The position numbers and the translations under genes are program-made. A DNA stretch of 62,611 nt, filler included. It is 7 parts of 7 records of this genome, joined end to end, with 100 filler letters (N's around TTAATTAATTAA, not from the genome) between each part and the next. Parts side by side here need not be neighbours in the genome. Positions count along the whole stretch, not along the records: positions 18,720 to 24,264 come from DRR723986_19426; positions 24,365 to 36,289 come from DRR723986_19447; 5 more parts are not named here. One strand, 5' to 3'. A model generated the notes under the pieces. That model ran no database searches and was not told the DNA's origin. It worked only from the letters and a program-made list of their open reading frames with translations. Shown piece after piece: positions 19,383-30,797 of this stretch. Positions within the stretch are counted from its first letter, which is position 1. Every line of letters starts with the position of its first letter.

Positions 19383-20171
19383 TCAGCCGAATACCGTAAC
19401 CGTCTGCCGGCTCAGGGCCACCAGTTCACCGGCCGGAGTCCAGATACCGGCATGAGTGTGACCATATCCGGCGCCAGCCTGGTCGATGGTTGCCCGGTAC
19501 AGCAGCCAGTCATCCGGCTTCATGGCAGGCCTGGGATGGACAATCTCCAGCGCCCAGCTCAGGGAACTGGCTGGCGCCGGGCCCTTGAGATGCGGCAACA
19601 GCGCCGGTGGCCAGGCATCTACCAGAGCAACAATGTGGGCGTCGGTCATAGTCTCCGGGGCTTCCCGGAACTTCATCCAGCCCCCCATTTCGCGCCCGCC
19701 CTTACCGGAGAATGGCATATGGCCAAACGCCCAGCGCATTTCGATATGCCGGGTAAACTCCGGCGTCACCTTCGGGATATACGGAAGTGACTGACATTGC
19801 TCTGCCGGCACCGCTTCCGGTGCCGATGTCGGCCCGACCCGGACAGCAGACTCACGGTCGCCCCCGAAACTGGCCAGACAGACAAGGCGGGGCTCGCCAT
19901 TCTGAAGGATCCGTCCCTGGACCTGGGATACTGCCTTGCCTTCACGCAGGACTTCGGCCTCAACACGGGCCGGCACATCCGCCTCTACGGGGCCGACAAA
20001 AGACACCTGAAGGGCCCGCATGGCGCGATCATCCGCCACTTTTGATGCCATCACCTCAAACACCAGGGCCGCGACCAGGCCGCCGAACGTGGCACGTCCC
20101 TGGCCCCAGTCTGACGGTATCACCACTTCGTCGTTATTCCGGACATCACCGAGAAGGTCATCGAACGTCAT
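19383..20171 (-). CDS. Acyl-CoA thioesterase (TesB-like double hotdog)
   Basis: WGQGRATFGG, LREGK, LVDAWPP, SRQTV. Confidence 0.85.
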   Translation of the reverse strand: MTFDDLLGDVRNNDEVVIPSDWGQGRATFGGLVAALVFEVMASKVADDRAMRALQVSFVGPVEADVPARVEAEVLREGKAVSQVQGRILQNGEPRLVCLASFGGDRESAVRVGPTSAPEAVPAEQCQSLPYIPKVTPEFTRHIEMRWAFGHMPFSGKGGREMGGWMKFREAPETMTDAHIVALVDAWPPALLPHLKGPAPASSLSWALEIVHPRPAMKPDDWLLYRATIDQAGAGYGHTHAGIWTPAGELVALSRQTVTVFG

Positions 20172-20369
20172 TTGCTTCAGATCCTGTTCATTAGCCTGCA
20201 AACCGGTAAGACTGCACCACTTGTCGAAGCCTGACAATAGGCCGGCCCCGGCAACTACCTATCGATTGCCTGGCAATAGTCGTATAAAAACCACCCCAAA
20301 CAGACTATAATGCGCCAAAATCATGCATTGCCTTTGCAGTGCGATACCCTCCGAATACCGAGTACATTC

Positions 20370-21896
20370 ATGTCAGAATTGTCTTTTGCCGAACTGGGGC
20401 TGGATCCAGCAGTACTGGAAGCCGTCTCCGCCGTTGGCTATGAAACCCCGTCGCCCATCCAGGCGCAATCCATCCCTGCTCTGCTGGCCGGCAACCACCT
20501 GTTGGGCGTCGCCCAGACAGGCACCGGCAAGACCGCAGCCTTCGCCCTGCCGTTACTGAGTCGGATTGATGCTAACGTGGCCGAGCCACAGATTCTGGTG
20601 CTGGCCCCTACCCGGGAGCTGGCTATTCAGGTCGCGGAAGCGTTCACCACCTACGCCAGCAAGTTCCGCAATTTTCATGTTCTGCCAATTTACGGTGGCC
20701 AGGATTTCTCACCGCAGATTCGCGGCCTCAAGCGTGGCGCCCAGGTTATTGTGGGCACACCTGGCCGCATGCTCGACCATCTGCGCAAGGGCACCCTGAA
20801 GCTGGACGGCCTGAAGGCCCTGGTACTGGACGAAGCCGACGAAATGCTGCGCATGGGCTTCATTGATGACGTGGAAGCCATCCTGGCGAAGACGCCGGAC
20901 ACCTGCCAGCGCGCGCTCTTCTCGGCCACCATGCCGCCACAGATCAAGAAAGTGGCCCAGACTTACCTAAAAAACGCTACCGAAGTAAGAATCGAGAGCG
21001 AAACCCGCACGGTTGAACGCATCGCTCAGTTTGTGCTGCCGGTCTACGCCGAGCGCAAGCTGGATGCGCTGACCCGCATTCTGGAAGTTGAGCCTTTTGA
21101 CGCCTCGATCATTTTCGTGCGCACCAAGGCCGAAACCACCATGCTGGCAGAAAAACTGTCCGCACGCGGCCACGCTGTGGCGCCCCTGAGCGGCGACCTG
21201 AACCAGCGCCAACGCGAACAGACCGTTGAAGACCTCAAGCGTGGAAAGAAAGACATCATCATTGCCACCGACGTCGCCGCCCGTGGTCTGGACGTGCCCC
21301 GGATTACTCACGTTATCAACTACGACGTGCCCTACGACACCGAGGCGTACATCCACCGGGTTGGCCGTACTGGCCGTGCCGGCCGTACCGGCAAGGCTAT
21401 CCTGCTGGTGACTCCGCGTGAGCGCAGCTGGCTGCGCACTCTGGAGCGGGCCACCAACTCCCCGATGGAACCTTACCAGTTGCCGTCACCTGCCGCCCTG
21501 CAGAAAATGCGGGTAGAGCAGTTTGAGGCGCAACTGCTGGGCTTCACCGACGATCCTCGCGCTGCCAAGGCCATCGCCCTGCTGGATGAGATCGCCGAGC
21601 GTAACGACATGGACATGGCCGCCATCGCCGGCGCCATGGCTTGCCTGCTGGAAGCTTCCCAGCCAGACTCTCTGCCGCTGGAACAGCCGGAAGCACTGCC
21701 GGAGATTTCCGCCGCGCCCCGCCGGGACCGTAAAGGCCCGCCACCAGGCAAAGGCGGTTTCCGCAAAGGCGGCCCTGGCAAGAAGTTCAGCAAGGATGGC
21801 AAACCCGGCTTCCGCAAGAGCGGGCCGAAAGGTGGCAAGCCCGCCGGCAAGGGCGGCAAACCTGCAGGAAAAGGCCCCAAGCGCGCGCCGCGCTGA
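20370..21896 (+). CDS. deaD: DEAD-box RNA helicase, DeaD/CsdA-like
   Basis: AQTGTGKT, PTRELA, DEAD, SAT, ARGLD, HRVGRTGRAG; Lys/Gly-rich C-terminal tail. Confidence 0.85.
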   Translation: MSELSFAELGLDPAVLEAVSAVGYETPSPIQAQSIPALLAGNHLLGVAQTGTGKTAAFALPLLSRIDANVAEPQILVLAPTRELAIQVAEAFTTYASKFRNFHVLPIYGGQDFSPQIRGLKRGAQVIVGTPGRMLDHLRKGTLKLDGLKALVLDEADEMLRMGFIDDVEAILAKTPDTCQRALFSATMPPQIKKVAQTYLKNATEVRIESETRTVERIAQFVLPVYAERKLDALTRILEVEPFDASIIFVRTKAETTMLAEKLSARGHAVAPLSGDLNQRQREQTVEDLKRGKKDIIIATDVAARGLDVPRITHVINYDVPYDTEAYIHRVGRTGRAGRTGKAILLVTPRERSWLRTLERATNSPMEPYQLPSPAALQKMRVEQFEAQLLGFTDDPRAAKAIALLDEIAERNDMDMAAIAGAMACLLEASQPDSLPLEQPEALPEISAAPRRDRKGPPPGKGGFRKGGPGKKFSKDGKPGFRKSGPKGGKPAGKGGKPAGKGPKRAPR

Positions 21897-21915
21897 GGCC
21901 TGATTGGCTAGCCGG

Positions 21916-22431
21916 TCATTCTGACCGGCTACGCTGGTATACGACAAAGCTGTAGTCGTAAGGATTGTTGTCAGACGCAGAAAAATCTTCGCGCCCGATC
22001 TCTTCCCACTCGTCCCAGTTCACTTCCGGAAAGAAGGCATCTCCGTCCACCTCGGCGTGCACCTGGGTGATGTATATCCGGTCAACCATTGGCAGCGCTT
22101 CGGCATAGATCTGACCTCCGCCAATAATCATCACTTCATCACCACCTTCCAGCTCCGCCTGGGCTTCGGCTTTCACCAACGCTTCGTTCAGCGACGCTGC
22201 GGCAACGGTTCCGGCTGGCGCCTGCCATTCCGGATTTCTGGAAATCACCACGTTCATCCGCCCGGGCAAAGGCCGGCCGATGGAGTCCCAGGTCTTTCTA
22301 CCCATGATAATGGGCTTGCCCATGGTGGCCTGCTTGAAGTAGCGCAGATCACCGGGCAGATACCAGGGCAGCTTGTTATTCCGGCCGATCACCCGGTTTC
22401 GGGCCATAGCTACGATGAGGGCCTTGCGCAT
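21916..22431 (-). CDS. folA: Dihydrofolate reductase
   Basis: IGRNNKLPW, MGRKTWDS, PLPGR, IGGGQIY, GDAFFP (ORF opens at 22449). Confidence 0.95.
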   Translation of the reverse strand: MRKALIVAMARNRVIGRNNKLPWYLPGDLRYFKQATMGKPIIMGRKTWDSIGRPLPGRMNVVISRNPEWQAPAGTVAAASLNEALVKAEAQAELEGGDEVMIIGGGQIYAEALPMVDRIYITQVHAEVDGDAFFPEVNWDEWEEIGREDFSASDNNPYDYSFVVYQRSRSE

Positions 22432-22445
22432 AACGGGTTCCTTGC

Positions 22446-23285
22446 TCAAATTGCTATAGGGGCTTTGATCACGGGGGACGGGTCGTAACCTTCGAACTCG
22501 AAATCTTCCAGCTCGTAGCCAAAGATGGATTCCGGTTTACGTTTGATGACCAGCTTCGGCAACGCACGGGGCTCACGCCGGAGCTGTTCGAATACGATGT
22601 CGTCCGTCAGGTGATTCCGGTAAAGATGACAATCACCAAATGTGTGCACAAACTCCCCCACATCCAGATCACACTGCTGCGCAATCATATGGGTCAGCAA
22701 GGCATAGGACGCAATATTGAAGGGCACCCCCAGGAACAGGTCGGCGCTGCGCTGATAGAGCTGGCAAGACAGCTTGCCGTCGGCGACATAGAACTGAAAC
22801 AGACAGTGGCAAGGCGCCAGGGCCATGCGCCCCTCCCGCACGTTATCCTGCGGACTGATGGACTCGTCCGGCAGCTCGGCCGGATTCCAGGCGGAGACGA
22901 TCAGGCGCCGGGAGTTGGGCTTGGTGCGAATCTGCTCGATCACCTCGCTGATCTGGTCAATCACGCGGCCGTCGTGGCATTGCCAGCTGCGCCACTGCTT
23001 GCCGTAGATCGGACCGAGATCGCCGTTTTCCAGTGCCCACTCATTCCAGATGCTGACTTTGCGTTCCGTCAGCCAGGTGTTGTCGGTGGAGCCCTTGAGG
23101 AACCACAAGAGTTCATAAATGATGCTGCGCAGGTGGACCTTCTTGGTCGTCACCAGCGGGAAACCGTCCTGCAGATTGAAACGCATCTGGCGGCCGAACA
23201 CCGAGCGGGTGCCCACGCCGGTGCGATCACCTTTGTCGAATCCGTTATCGACAACATCCTGCATCAGATCGAGATAGGCTTTCAT
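22446..23285 (-). CDS. thyA: Thymidylate synthase
   Basis: [41 protein letters not shown]. Confidence 0.97.
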   Translation of the reverse strand: MKAYLDLMQDVVDNGFDKGDRTGVGTRSVFGRQMRFNLQDGFPLVTTKKVHLRSIIYELLWFLKGSTDNTWLTERKVSIWNEWALENGDLGPIYGKQWRSWQCHDGRVIDQISEVIEQIRTKPNSRRLIVSAWNPAELPDESISPQDNVREGRMALAPCHCLFQFYVADGKLSCQLYQRSADLFLGVPFNIASYALLTHMIAQQCDLDVGEFVHTFGDCHLYRNHLTDDIVFEQLRREPRALPKLVIKRKPESIFGYELEDFEFEGYDPSPVIKAPIAI

Positions 23286-24070
23286 TGGACGTTTCTCCGA
23301 TAAGCAAGGAACATCAGGGCGGCGCCGGCGGCAATCATCGGTGCAGAGAGCACCTGCCCCATCGTCAGCCAGTCAAAGGCCAGGTAACCCAACTGTGGAT
23401 CTGGCTGGCGAACGAACTCCACCAGGAAACGGAAGATGCCATAGCACACCAGAAACAGGCCGGACACTGCCATTTTCGGGCGGGGCCTTGAGGAGAACCA
23501 CCAGAGAATCACGAACAGGAGTACGCCTTCCAGCGCGAACTGATATAACTGCGACGGGTGCCTGGCAAGGCTGTCTGGCGCCTGCGGAAAGACCATGCCC
23601 CAGGCTACGTCTGTCGGTTTTCCCCAGAGTTCGCCGTTTATGAAATTTCCGATTCGCCCGGCACCCAGCCCAACCGGGACCAAGGGCGCGACAAAATCGG
23701 CAATTTTCCAGAACCCGGCTCCGGTTTTTCGGCCATACCACCACATGGCCAACATTACCCCCAGCAACCCGCCATGGAAAGACATACCGCCTTCCCAGAC
23801 CCGGAGCAACCAGAGCGGGTCCGCTATAAAGGCATCGAAGTTGTAAAACATTACATAGCCAAAGCGGCCACCGAGGATCACACCCAGGGCCATATAGAAC
23901 AGCAGATCACCCACCTGCTCTTCCTGCAGTGGCGACCAGGGCTTGCGGGACCGAAGACGGCCCAGCCACCAGCCGGCGGCAAACCCGACCAGATAGGTCA
24001 GGCCATACCAGTGAATTTTCAACGGCCCAAGGGCGATCGCCACCGGGTCAAACTGTGGATGTTGCAGCAT
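23282..24070 (-). CDS. lgt: Prolipoprotein diacylglyceryl transferase
   Basis: [28 protein letters not shown]; lgt-thyA synteny. Confidence 0.97.
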   Translation of the reverse strand: MLQHPQFDPVAIALGPLKIHWYGLTYLVGFAAGWWLGRLRSRKPWSPLQEEQVGDLLFYMALGVILGGRFGYVMFYNFDAFIADPLWLLRVWEGGMSFHGGLLGVMLAMWWYGRKTGAGFWKIADFVAPLVPVGLGAGRIGNFINGELWGKPTDVAWGMVFPQAPDSLARHPSQLYQFALEGVLLFVILWWFSSRPRPKMAVSGLFLVCYGIFRFLVEFVRQPDPQLGYLAFDWLTMGQVLSAPMIAAGAALMFLAYRRNVQ

Positions 24071-24080
24071 GAATGCTCTC

Positions 24081-24264
24081 TCAGCTCAGAAGAAACCGTA
24101 AACCAACCAGAACCAGCATAATGGCAAAGATGCGCTTGAGCAGACGCCCATCCAGACGATGGGCCAGCCCGGCGCCGATTCGTGCAAAGAACACACTGGT
24201 GGCAACCACACCCACCAACGCCGGCAGGTAGATAAAACCAAGACTCAGCTCGGGCAGATCGGGA
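24081..24264 (-). CDS. TauE/SafE family protein, C-terminal fragment
   Basis: Manual translation ..[54 protein letters not shown]. Confidence 0.75.
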
Positions 24265-24364
24265 NNNNNNNNNNNNNNNNNNNNNNNNNNNNNNNNNNNN
24301 NNNNNNNNTTAATTAATTAANNNNNNNNNNNNNNNNNNNNNNNNNNNNNNNNNNNNNNNNNNNN
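24265..24364. other. Artificial contig spacer
   Basis: Same 100-nt N/TTAATTAATTAA linker. Confidence 0.98.
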
Positions 24365-24468
24365 GTTGCCGCCGGAATTACCGTTTCCGTTGCCACCGGA
24401 GTTGCCATTCCCGTTGCCACCGGAGTTGCCGTTGCCATTGCCACCGGAGTTGCCATTGCCGTTGTTCC
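24365..24468. repeat. Coding tandem repeat, about 24-bp unit (GNSGGNGN)
   Basis: About 4 degenerate copies of GTTGCCACCGGAGTTGCCATTCCC running into the contig end. Confidence 0.85.
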
Positions 24469-25276
24469 CCGAGCGGGAATCTCCAGCATTGCCCCGGTTG
24501 CCGCCATTGGCAGCTCTTGCTTCAGCTTTGGTAGCTGGCACGTTCTTCACGACGCGCGTTTCAAATGAAGGAGCCCGTTTGGGGCCAGAACGCACCGCAG
24601 GCTTGTTCTTTCCGCTGACGGATAAACCGACGCGGCGCGAAGGGTTGGTGGCGGCCGCCTGACCGGCGCCTACGTCGGCACGATCTCCGGATGCAAAGTC
24701 ATGAACACCGACAACGCCCCGCCCCACATTGACCGACGCAGTCCTGTTGCCGACCTTGACCCTGAACTGAGTTCCTTTGACAACAGCGGCAAGGAAAGGG
24801 GTTTCCACTTTGAAATGCCGATACCACCGGCGCTTTACGTCCACATCTACCTGACCAAGGTCCTGGTAGACGACCATTCGCTTGATCAGCACGCCCTTCG
24901 GCTCAAGCGTCACAACAGAATTTGGAGAAACAACGAATGTTTCTTCACCCCGATTGATGACTACACGCCCACCGCCGGTCTTGATCTTCCATCCCTTGCG
25001 CACCGTCATGCCACGCTTGACGGCAAAGGTCTCGCCGGCACGGGTTTGCACCATGACCCGGCCGCTGACGCGTTCGACCGACCAGTGCCACGGCGTGCCA
25101 CCTGTCTCCGCGTCTTGCGACAATGCCTCTTGAGAAAACCAGAAGGCCATAAGGGCAGCCAGCAGAAGCGACGCTGCCAACCGCATCCGGAGATCCCAGA
25201 ACTGTCCAACGTCATCAGCTTTTGCTGCCATGCAACTGGCCTGACCTGAGCAATTGACGTTTATTTTGTTGGACAT
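24365..25276 (-). CDS. FecR-domain protein with Gly/Asn-rich repeat tail, 3'-truncated
   Basis: TM/signal segment, FKVETPFLAAVVKGTQFRV FecR motif, (GNSGGNGN)n tail. Confidence 0.8.
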
Positions 25277-25641
25277 GGGAGCCCTCTCCTGGCCCGGCTT
25301 CAGAAGCTCGGCAAGCTATTCCGCCCCCATTAACAAGACTTGAATTATAATGGGAAACCTTTTTATTTCATTCTTTTAGTAAAAATTGTTCTATCATCTA
25401 ACGTTTCCAACTTTTTCCCATATTAGATAAAATTTTAATATTAAAACTATTTAAGATTGTGTTTTTGGATAACTAGAGAAAAATCACAATCATAGATACC
25501 TGCGATCCCTGATCGAAATGGCGTATGACGCTCAAAATATTTTTTCAATCATTCCAAAACAAAACGGCCAGGAACCCGTAAGTTCCCGGCCACGCCAGTC
25601 AATGATTTCCGTCTGAATGCGAGTTGCATCACGCCGAAGCG

Positions 25642-26361
25642 TCAGACGGTTGCCAAAAGCTCTTTTTCCACGGACTTGAAAATTTCGACCTGGTCGATGT
25701 TCATTTGTTCGACGCCGCAGCGCACGGCTTTCTCGAAAACGGCTCGTTCAGACCCGGCGTAGAACATCTGCGTAATCAATCCGGCCTGCTTTGCCTCGTT
25801 TATGAGATTCTCTTCCAGGTCATCCTCATGGAATTCCAGTATATGCGCACCCTGGGCAACGGCGCGCTCGACCGAACCAACGTGAGCGTAAAGAACCATG
25901 CGCCGCAGGTCCGGTACCTTTGCACGGGCTTCAGCGCGGATTGCCTGATCGAACGAAAACGTCCAGGCGTCACTCAGCATGCCGCGGACTGCCAGCATGT
26001 CGCGAATTTCCGCGGGATCGCCTTCCTTGATCTCAACATAGGTGCCAATACGGCCCTTGCAGGTATCCAGAAACGCGTCCAGCCTTGGAACTCGCTCGCC
26101 CTTGAAGGTCTCCTTGAACCAGTTCCCTGCATCAAGAAGGTCAATTTCGTCGGAAGTCATATCCGAAATTCGGCCACTTCCATCCGTCGTCCGGTCAACG
26201 GTTGCATCGTGCATCACGTAGAGAATGCCATCCCTGGACGGCCGAACATCCAACTCGACAACCTCGGCGCCAAGCGCAATTGCTCCCTCGAGCGAGGCAA
26301 TCGTGTTTTCCGGAGCCTGAAGGCTGGCTCCGCGGTGGCACACAACGACGGCTTGTTTCAC
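25642..26361 (-). CDS. Glycerophosphodiester phosphodiesterase family protein
   Basis: HRGA..PENT, ELDV, HDATVDRTT, EIK; GTG start at 26361 with GGAG RBS. Confidence 0.88.
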   Translation of the reverse strand: MKQAVVVCHRGASLQAPENTIASLEGAIALGAEVVELDVRPSRDGILYVMHDATVDRTTDGSGRISDMTSDEIDLLDAGNWFKETFKGERVPRLDAFLDTCKGRIGTYVEIKEGDPAEIRDMLAVRGMLSDAWTFSFDQAIRAEARAKVPDLRRMVLYAHVGSVERAVAQGAHILEFHEDDLEENLINEAKQAGLITQMFYAGSERAVFEKAVRCGVEQMNIDQVEIFKSVEKELLATV

Positions 26362-26778
26362 GGTTAGGTCTCCTGTGTCTCCAGAGTGATATCCGGAGCT
26401 TGGATAGGGCTGGCAAACGGCCACTCTAGAGGGAAGTCGATGAAACAGGTGCCTGAAATTCTTGATGAAATGATGACACTGCAACTTCCCTCGCAATTTC
26501 ATGTACTTACCGGCTGCGACAACCCATAATTGAATGACTGAACAATTCACTTCAGGCTCGGAACTCTATCGCGATTCTCACCCGATACCGCAGGGTCGAC
26601 TTTCTATCCCCCTGACGCTTGAAAATCTTTCCAAAGCCACACAGTTAACGGTGAAGAAATCAACTGAATTATTGTTCAGCATTTACGAACAGTCAGTCAA
26701 ATTGCACCGCACAATTTTCTTCCTATGTTCCAGTCGGCAGCGTTCATGAGCGAACGCTTCTGGTAACATCTATGAGGT

Positions 26779-27369
26779 TTGATCATGATCCGTCTCGCAG
26801 CTTCTGCGCTTGCCCTTTCCCTCGTTGCAGGCTCCGCCCTTGCCGAACCGGTGGCCTATGACTTCGACAAGTCCCACGCCAACCTGGCTTTCTCCTATAA
26901 CCACCTTGGCTACTCCACGACCGAAGGCCGTTTCGGCGAATGGGAAGGCACGCTGCTGATCGACAAGGACACGCCTGCCAATTCCTCCATCGAATTCACG
27001 ATCGACGTCGGCAGCCTCGACACGTTCTGGGCAGAGCGCAACGCGCACTTCCTGAGCGCGGACTTCTTTGACGCTGAAAAATTCCCGAAGGCGACCTTCA
27101 AGAGCACCAAGGTCGAAAAGACCGGCGACAACCAGCTGGAAGTGACCGGTGACCTGACCATCAAGGACATCACCAAGCCGGTGACCCTGACCGTTGATGT
27201 CACTGCACTTGGTGAGCACCCGATGGCGAAAAAGGAAGCTGCCGGTTTTGCCGTTTCCACAGTTCTGAAGCGTTCCGACTATGGAATGGACATGTATGTT
27301 CCCTATGTAGGTGACGACATTACCGTGACCTTCCATTCCGAAGCGCTCAAGTCCGACGCGACCAATTAA
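26779..27369 (+). CDS. YceI family polyisoprenoid-binding periplasmic protein
   Basis: Signal peptide; HLGYS..GRF, RNAHFLSADFFD, GDLTIKDITKPV. Confidence 0.9.
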   Translation: MIMIRLAASALALSLVAGSALAEPVAYDFDKSHANLAFSYNHLGYSTTEGRFGEWEGTLLIDKDTPANSSIEFTIDVGSLDTFWAERNAHFLSADFFDAEKFPKATFKSTKVEKTGDNQLEVTGDLTIKDITKPVTLTVDVTALGEHPMAKKEAAGFAVSTVLKRSDYGMDMYVPYVGDDITVTFHSEALKSDATN

Positions 27370-27421
27370 GTGAACACCCTCGGAGGCCGGACAGACCGGC
27401 CTCCGTTTTCCAGGAGCCGCC

Positions 27422-28006
27422 ATGCTGCGCAACACTTCAACCGGGTATGGAAGGATCGCCATTGCGTTCCATTGGACGATGGCCGTCTTGATCATCGGCA
27501 TGCTTGGCCTCGGCCTCTACATGCACCAGCTTCCCCCGACCGAACAGGCAACCTTTGAGCTCTATCAGTTGCACAAGTCGACCGGCTTTGTAGTGCTGAT
27601 GCTTGCCGTGCTCCGTCTTGTCTGGCGCCTTCTCAATCCATCGCCGAAACTGCCTGACAACATGCACCCGCTGGAAAAGGTCGGGGCGCATCTGGGACAT
27701 GTCGGCCTGTACGCGCTTCTGTTTGCCCTGCCACTGACCGGCTGGTTCATGGTGTCAGCCTCGCCGTGGGGCATTCCGACCATCCTGTTCAACACCTGGC
27801 CAGTGCCGCATCTGCCGGTTCCAGGTGTGCTTGGTTCGCAGGAACAGGCGGAAACCTTCTTCAAGCTCCTGCATGAATACGGCGCCTATCTGCTGATTGC
27901 GCTGATTGCCGTTCATGTCGCAGCAGCGCTGAAACACCACTTCATCGCCCGCGACACCACGTTGAAACGCATGATTTCAACCGCACCCGCCAAAGCCGAT
28001 AGCTGA
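27422..28006 (+). CDS. Cytochrome b561 (YceJ/CybB family)
   Basis: FHW, HKSTG, LHEYG, HVAAALKHHF heme-His motifs. Confidence 0.9.
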   Translation: MLRNTSTGYGRIAIAFHWTMAVLIIGMLGLGLYMHQLPPTEQATFELYQLHKSTGFVVLMLAVLRLVWRLLNPSPKLPDNMHPLEKVGAHLGHVGLYALLFALPLTGWFMVSASPWGIPTILFNTWPVPHLPVPGVLGSQEQAETFFKLLHEYGAYLLIALIAVHVAAALKHHFIARDTTLKRMISTAPAKADS

Positions 28007-28029
28007 CAACACGAACTGGAAATCCGCAG

Positions 28030-28587
28030 ATGACATTGAAGCATTTTACATATGCCGTTGCAGTCCTGTCGGCGACGACCTTCACCGCACCGGCGTTTGC
28101 CGACACCTGGAAAGTCGATCCGGACAAGAGCAAGCTCGGCTTTGAAGTCAAACAGGGCGGCGGCACGCTGACTGGCGTCTTCGCGTCCTGGGAAGCAGAC
28201 ATCGATTTTGATCCTGCGACCCCTGAAACCGCCAAGATCAGCGCTGAAATCAAACCCATGAGCGCCACCACCGGCAATGCCCAGTTCGATGGCACCCTGC
28301 CTGGCAAGGACTGGTTCAACGCCGGGGACTTCCCGACGGCCGAATTCACGTCCGACACTGTCGAGCTTGTCGAAGGCAACAGCTACCGGGCACAGGGCAC
28401 GCTCTCCATCAAGGGAATTTCCCAGCCGGTCGAGATGGATTTCACCCTGGACATCGCGGGCGACACCGCCACAGCCAAGGGGACGGCCATCGTCAACAGG
28501 CTCGACTATCAGCTTGGCAGCGGGGTCGGCACCGACACGGTCGGAGATATCGTCACCGTTACCCTGGACCTTACGGCGATCCGCTGA
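28030..28587 (+). CDS. YceI family protein (second copy)
   Basis: Signal peptide; WKVDPDKSKLGF, DWF..FP.A.F, GTLSIKG, RLDY. Confidence 0.88.
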   Translation: MTLKHFTYAVAVLSATTFTAPAFADTWKVDPDKSKLGFEVKQGGGTLTGVFASWEADIDFDPATPETAKISAEIKPMSATTGNAQFDGTLPGKDWFNAGDFPTAEFTSDTVELVEGNSYRAQGTLSIKGISQPVEMDFTLDIAGDTATAKGTAIVNRLDYQLGSGVGTDTVGDIVTVTLDLTAIR

Positions 28588-28738
28588 CATCGCGTTCGGC
28601 AAACAAGACTTCCGGCTCCGACCATTTGATCAGGCTGCGGCACTTGGCGTCCGCAGCCTTTTTGCCGTATGAGAACAGCACTCAACGTTCCAGCGCTTTC
28701 CGATGTGACGGGAAGCAGCCAGATCAGGAAAGCCTCCT

Positions 28739-30376
28739 ATGAACGCTCCGCTCACACCTCCAGCTTATCAGCACAGCGCCCTTTTCCCTCAGGGAGAAGA
28801 CAAGACCCCGTATCGGAAATTGACGTCGGACCACGTCAAGACAGCCGAGTTCAACGGCGAAGAGGTACTGGTTGTCGAAGCCGAAGGTCTACGCCTTCTT
28901 GCCGAAGAGGCTTTCAAGGACATCAACCATTTCCTGCGTCCAGGCCACCTGGAACAACTGAAGAAGATCCTGGAAGATCCGGAAGCGACCGAGAACGACA
29001 AATTCGTTGCATTTGACCTTCTGAAAAACGCGAACATTGCCTCCCACGGTGTTCTGCCGATGTGCCAGGACACGGGCACCGCAATCATCATGGGCAAGAA
29101 GGGCCGCCGGGTCTGGACCGACGGGTCGGACGAAGCCGCACTCGGCGAAGGTTCCCGGGACGCCTATTTCAAAAAGAACCTGCGGTATTCCCAGCTCGCG
29201 CCGATTTCCATGTTCGAGGAAAAGAACACGAGCAACAACATGCCGGCACAGATCGAGCTCTATGCCGAAGGTGAAGATGCCTACAAGTTCCTGTTCATGG
29301 CCAAGGGTGGCGGTTCGGCCAACAAGACTTTCCTGTTCCAGGGCACACCATCCCTGCTGACCCATGACCGGCTGGTGGAATTCCTCAAGGAAAAGATCCT
29401 CACGCTCGGCACCGCGGCCTGCCCGCCCTATCACCTTGCGATCGTCATCGGCGGCACGTCTGCGGAAATGAACCTAAAGACGGCGAAACTGGCTTCGGCC
29501 CGCTATCTTGACAGTCTGCCGACGCAAGGGTCGGAACTCGGACATGCCTTCCGTGACCTTGAGCTGGAAGCCGAGATCCACAAACTGACCCAGGCAACCG
29601 GCGTCGGCGCCCAGTTCGGTGGAAAGTATTTCTGCCACGATGTGCGTGTCATCCGCCTGCCGCGTCACGGCGCATCATTGCCAATCGGCCTCGCCGTGTC
29701 CTGTTCCGCGGACCGGCAGGCCGTCGGCAAGATCACGAAAGACGGGATTTTCCTGGAACAGCTCGAGATGCACCCGGAAAAATACCTGCCGGAGGTCACC
29801 GACGACCACCTGTCCGACAATGTGGTCAAGGTCGACCTGACCCGGCCGATGTCCGAAATCCTGGGCGAACTTTCCAAACACCCGATCAAGACCCGGTTGT
29901 CGCTTTCCGGACCGCTGATCGTTGCCCGCGACCTTGCCCATTCCAAGCTGCGCGACCGGCTGGAAAGCGGCGAGCCCCTGCCCGACTATTTCAAGAACCA
30001 CCCGATCTATTACGCTGGTCCGGCCAAGACACCGGAGGGAATGCCTTCAGGTTCGTTCGGTCCGACAACCGCAGGACGCATGGACGCTTACGTCGATCAG
30101 TTCCAGGCAGCCGGCGGTTCCATGGTCATGCTGGCCAAAGGCAACCGTTCCGCTCAGGTGCGCCGCGCCTGCCAGGCTCATGGCGGGTTTTATCTCGGCT
30201 CCATCGGCGGTCCGGCCGCTCGCCTTGCGCAGGATTGTATCAAGAAGGTGGAAGTGGTCGAGTTCGAGGAACTGGGCATGGAAGCCGTCTGGAGAATCGA
30301 AGTCGAGGATTTCCCGGCCTTTATCGTCATTGATGACAAGGGCAACGACTTCTTCAAGGAATTGAACCTAGGCTGA
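28739..30376 (+). CDS. fumA: Class I (Fe-S) fumarate hydratase
   Basis: [39 protein letters not shown]. Confidence 0.93.
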   Translation: MNAPLTPPAYQHSALFPQGEDKTPYRKLTSDHVKTAEFNGEEVLVVEAEGLRLLAEEAFKDINHFLRPGHLEQLKKILEDPEATENDKFVAFDLLKNANIASHGVLPMCQDTGTAIIMGKKGRRVWTDGSDEAALGEGSRDAYFKKNLRYSQLAPISMFEEKNTSNNMPAQIELYAEGEDAYKFLFMAKGGGSANKTFLFQGTPSLLTHDRLVEFLKEKILTLGTAACPPYHLAIVIGGTSAEMNLKTAKLASARYLDSLPTQGSELGHAFRDLELEAEIHKLTQATGVGAQFGGKYFCHDVRVIRLPRHGASLPIGLAVSCSADRQAVGKITKDGIFLEQLEMHPEKYLPEVTDDHLSDNVVKVDLTRPMSEILGELSKHPIKTRLSLSGPLIVARDLAHSKLRDRLESGEPLPDYFKNHPIYYAGPAKTPEGMPSGSFGPTTAGRMDAYVDQFQAAGGSMVMLAKGNRSAQVRRACQAHGGFYLGSIGGPAARLAQDCIKKVEVVEFEELGMEAVWRIEVEDFPAFIVIDDKGNDFFKELNLG

Positions 30377-30400
30377 ACGCGGCTTCAGCTGAAAACACCA

Positions 30401-30431
30401 GACCCGCGGCTTTTGCCGCGGGTTCTTTTTT
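30401..30431 (+). terminator. Intrinsic terminator
   Basis: GACCCGCGGC-TTTT-GCCGCGGGTT followed by a T run. Confidence 0.85.
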
Positions 30432-30797
30432 GTCTGTCGACACACCAACAACAGTAGCCACGCGCCGTTTTGGCGCGATTTGGATCGCGGTCATACGATT
30501 CGGCATCAGGCGCGGAATCGCCCAATCCGGATCAAAGATAGCTGACGATTTATGCCAAGGCGGGCAAATTCCACAATCTCAGCGAGCGAACGCGTCTTCA
30601 TCGCGTTTTTCACGAAAAATCCGTTGCAATTTCAGCACAGACGCAGGACATGGTCGGTGGTCACATCAACGTGAGATTTTCCCGAACGCCGTTTTGCGAC
30701 ATAATAATTAAGAGTGCGGCAAGGACATTTTCGTAACGTCACTTTGATTGAGAATCGCATCGTTGAGGCACGAGCCCGATGCTGATGGGGGATCGGA

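Noticed and set aside
26779-28587. yceI-cytochrome b-yceI triplet as a novel system
   Set aside because: A common, already known arrangement in proteobacteria
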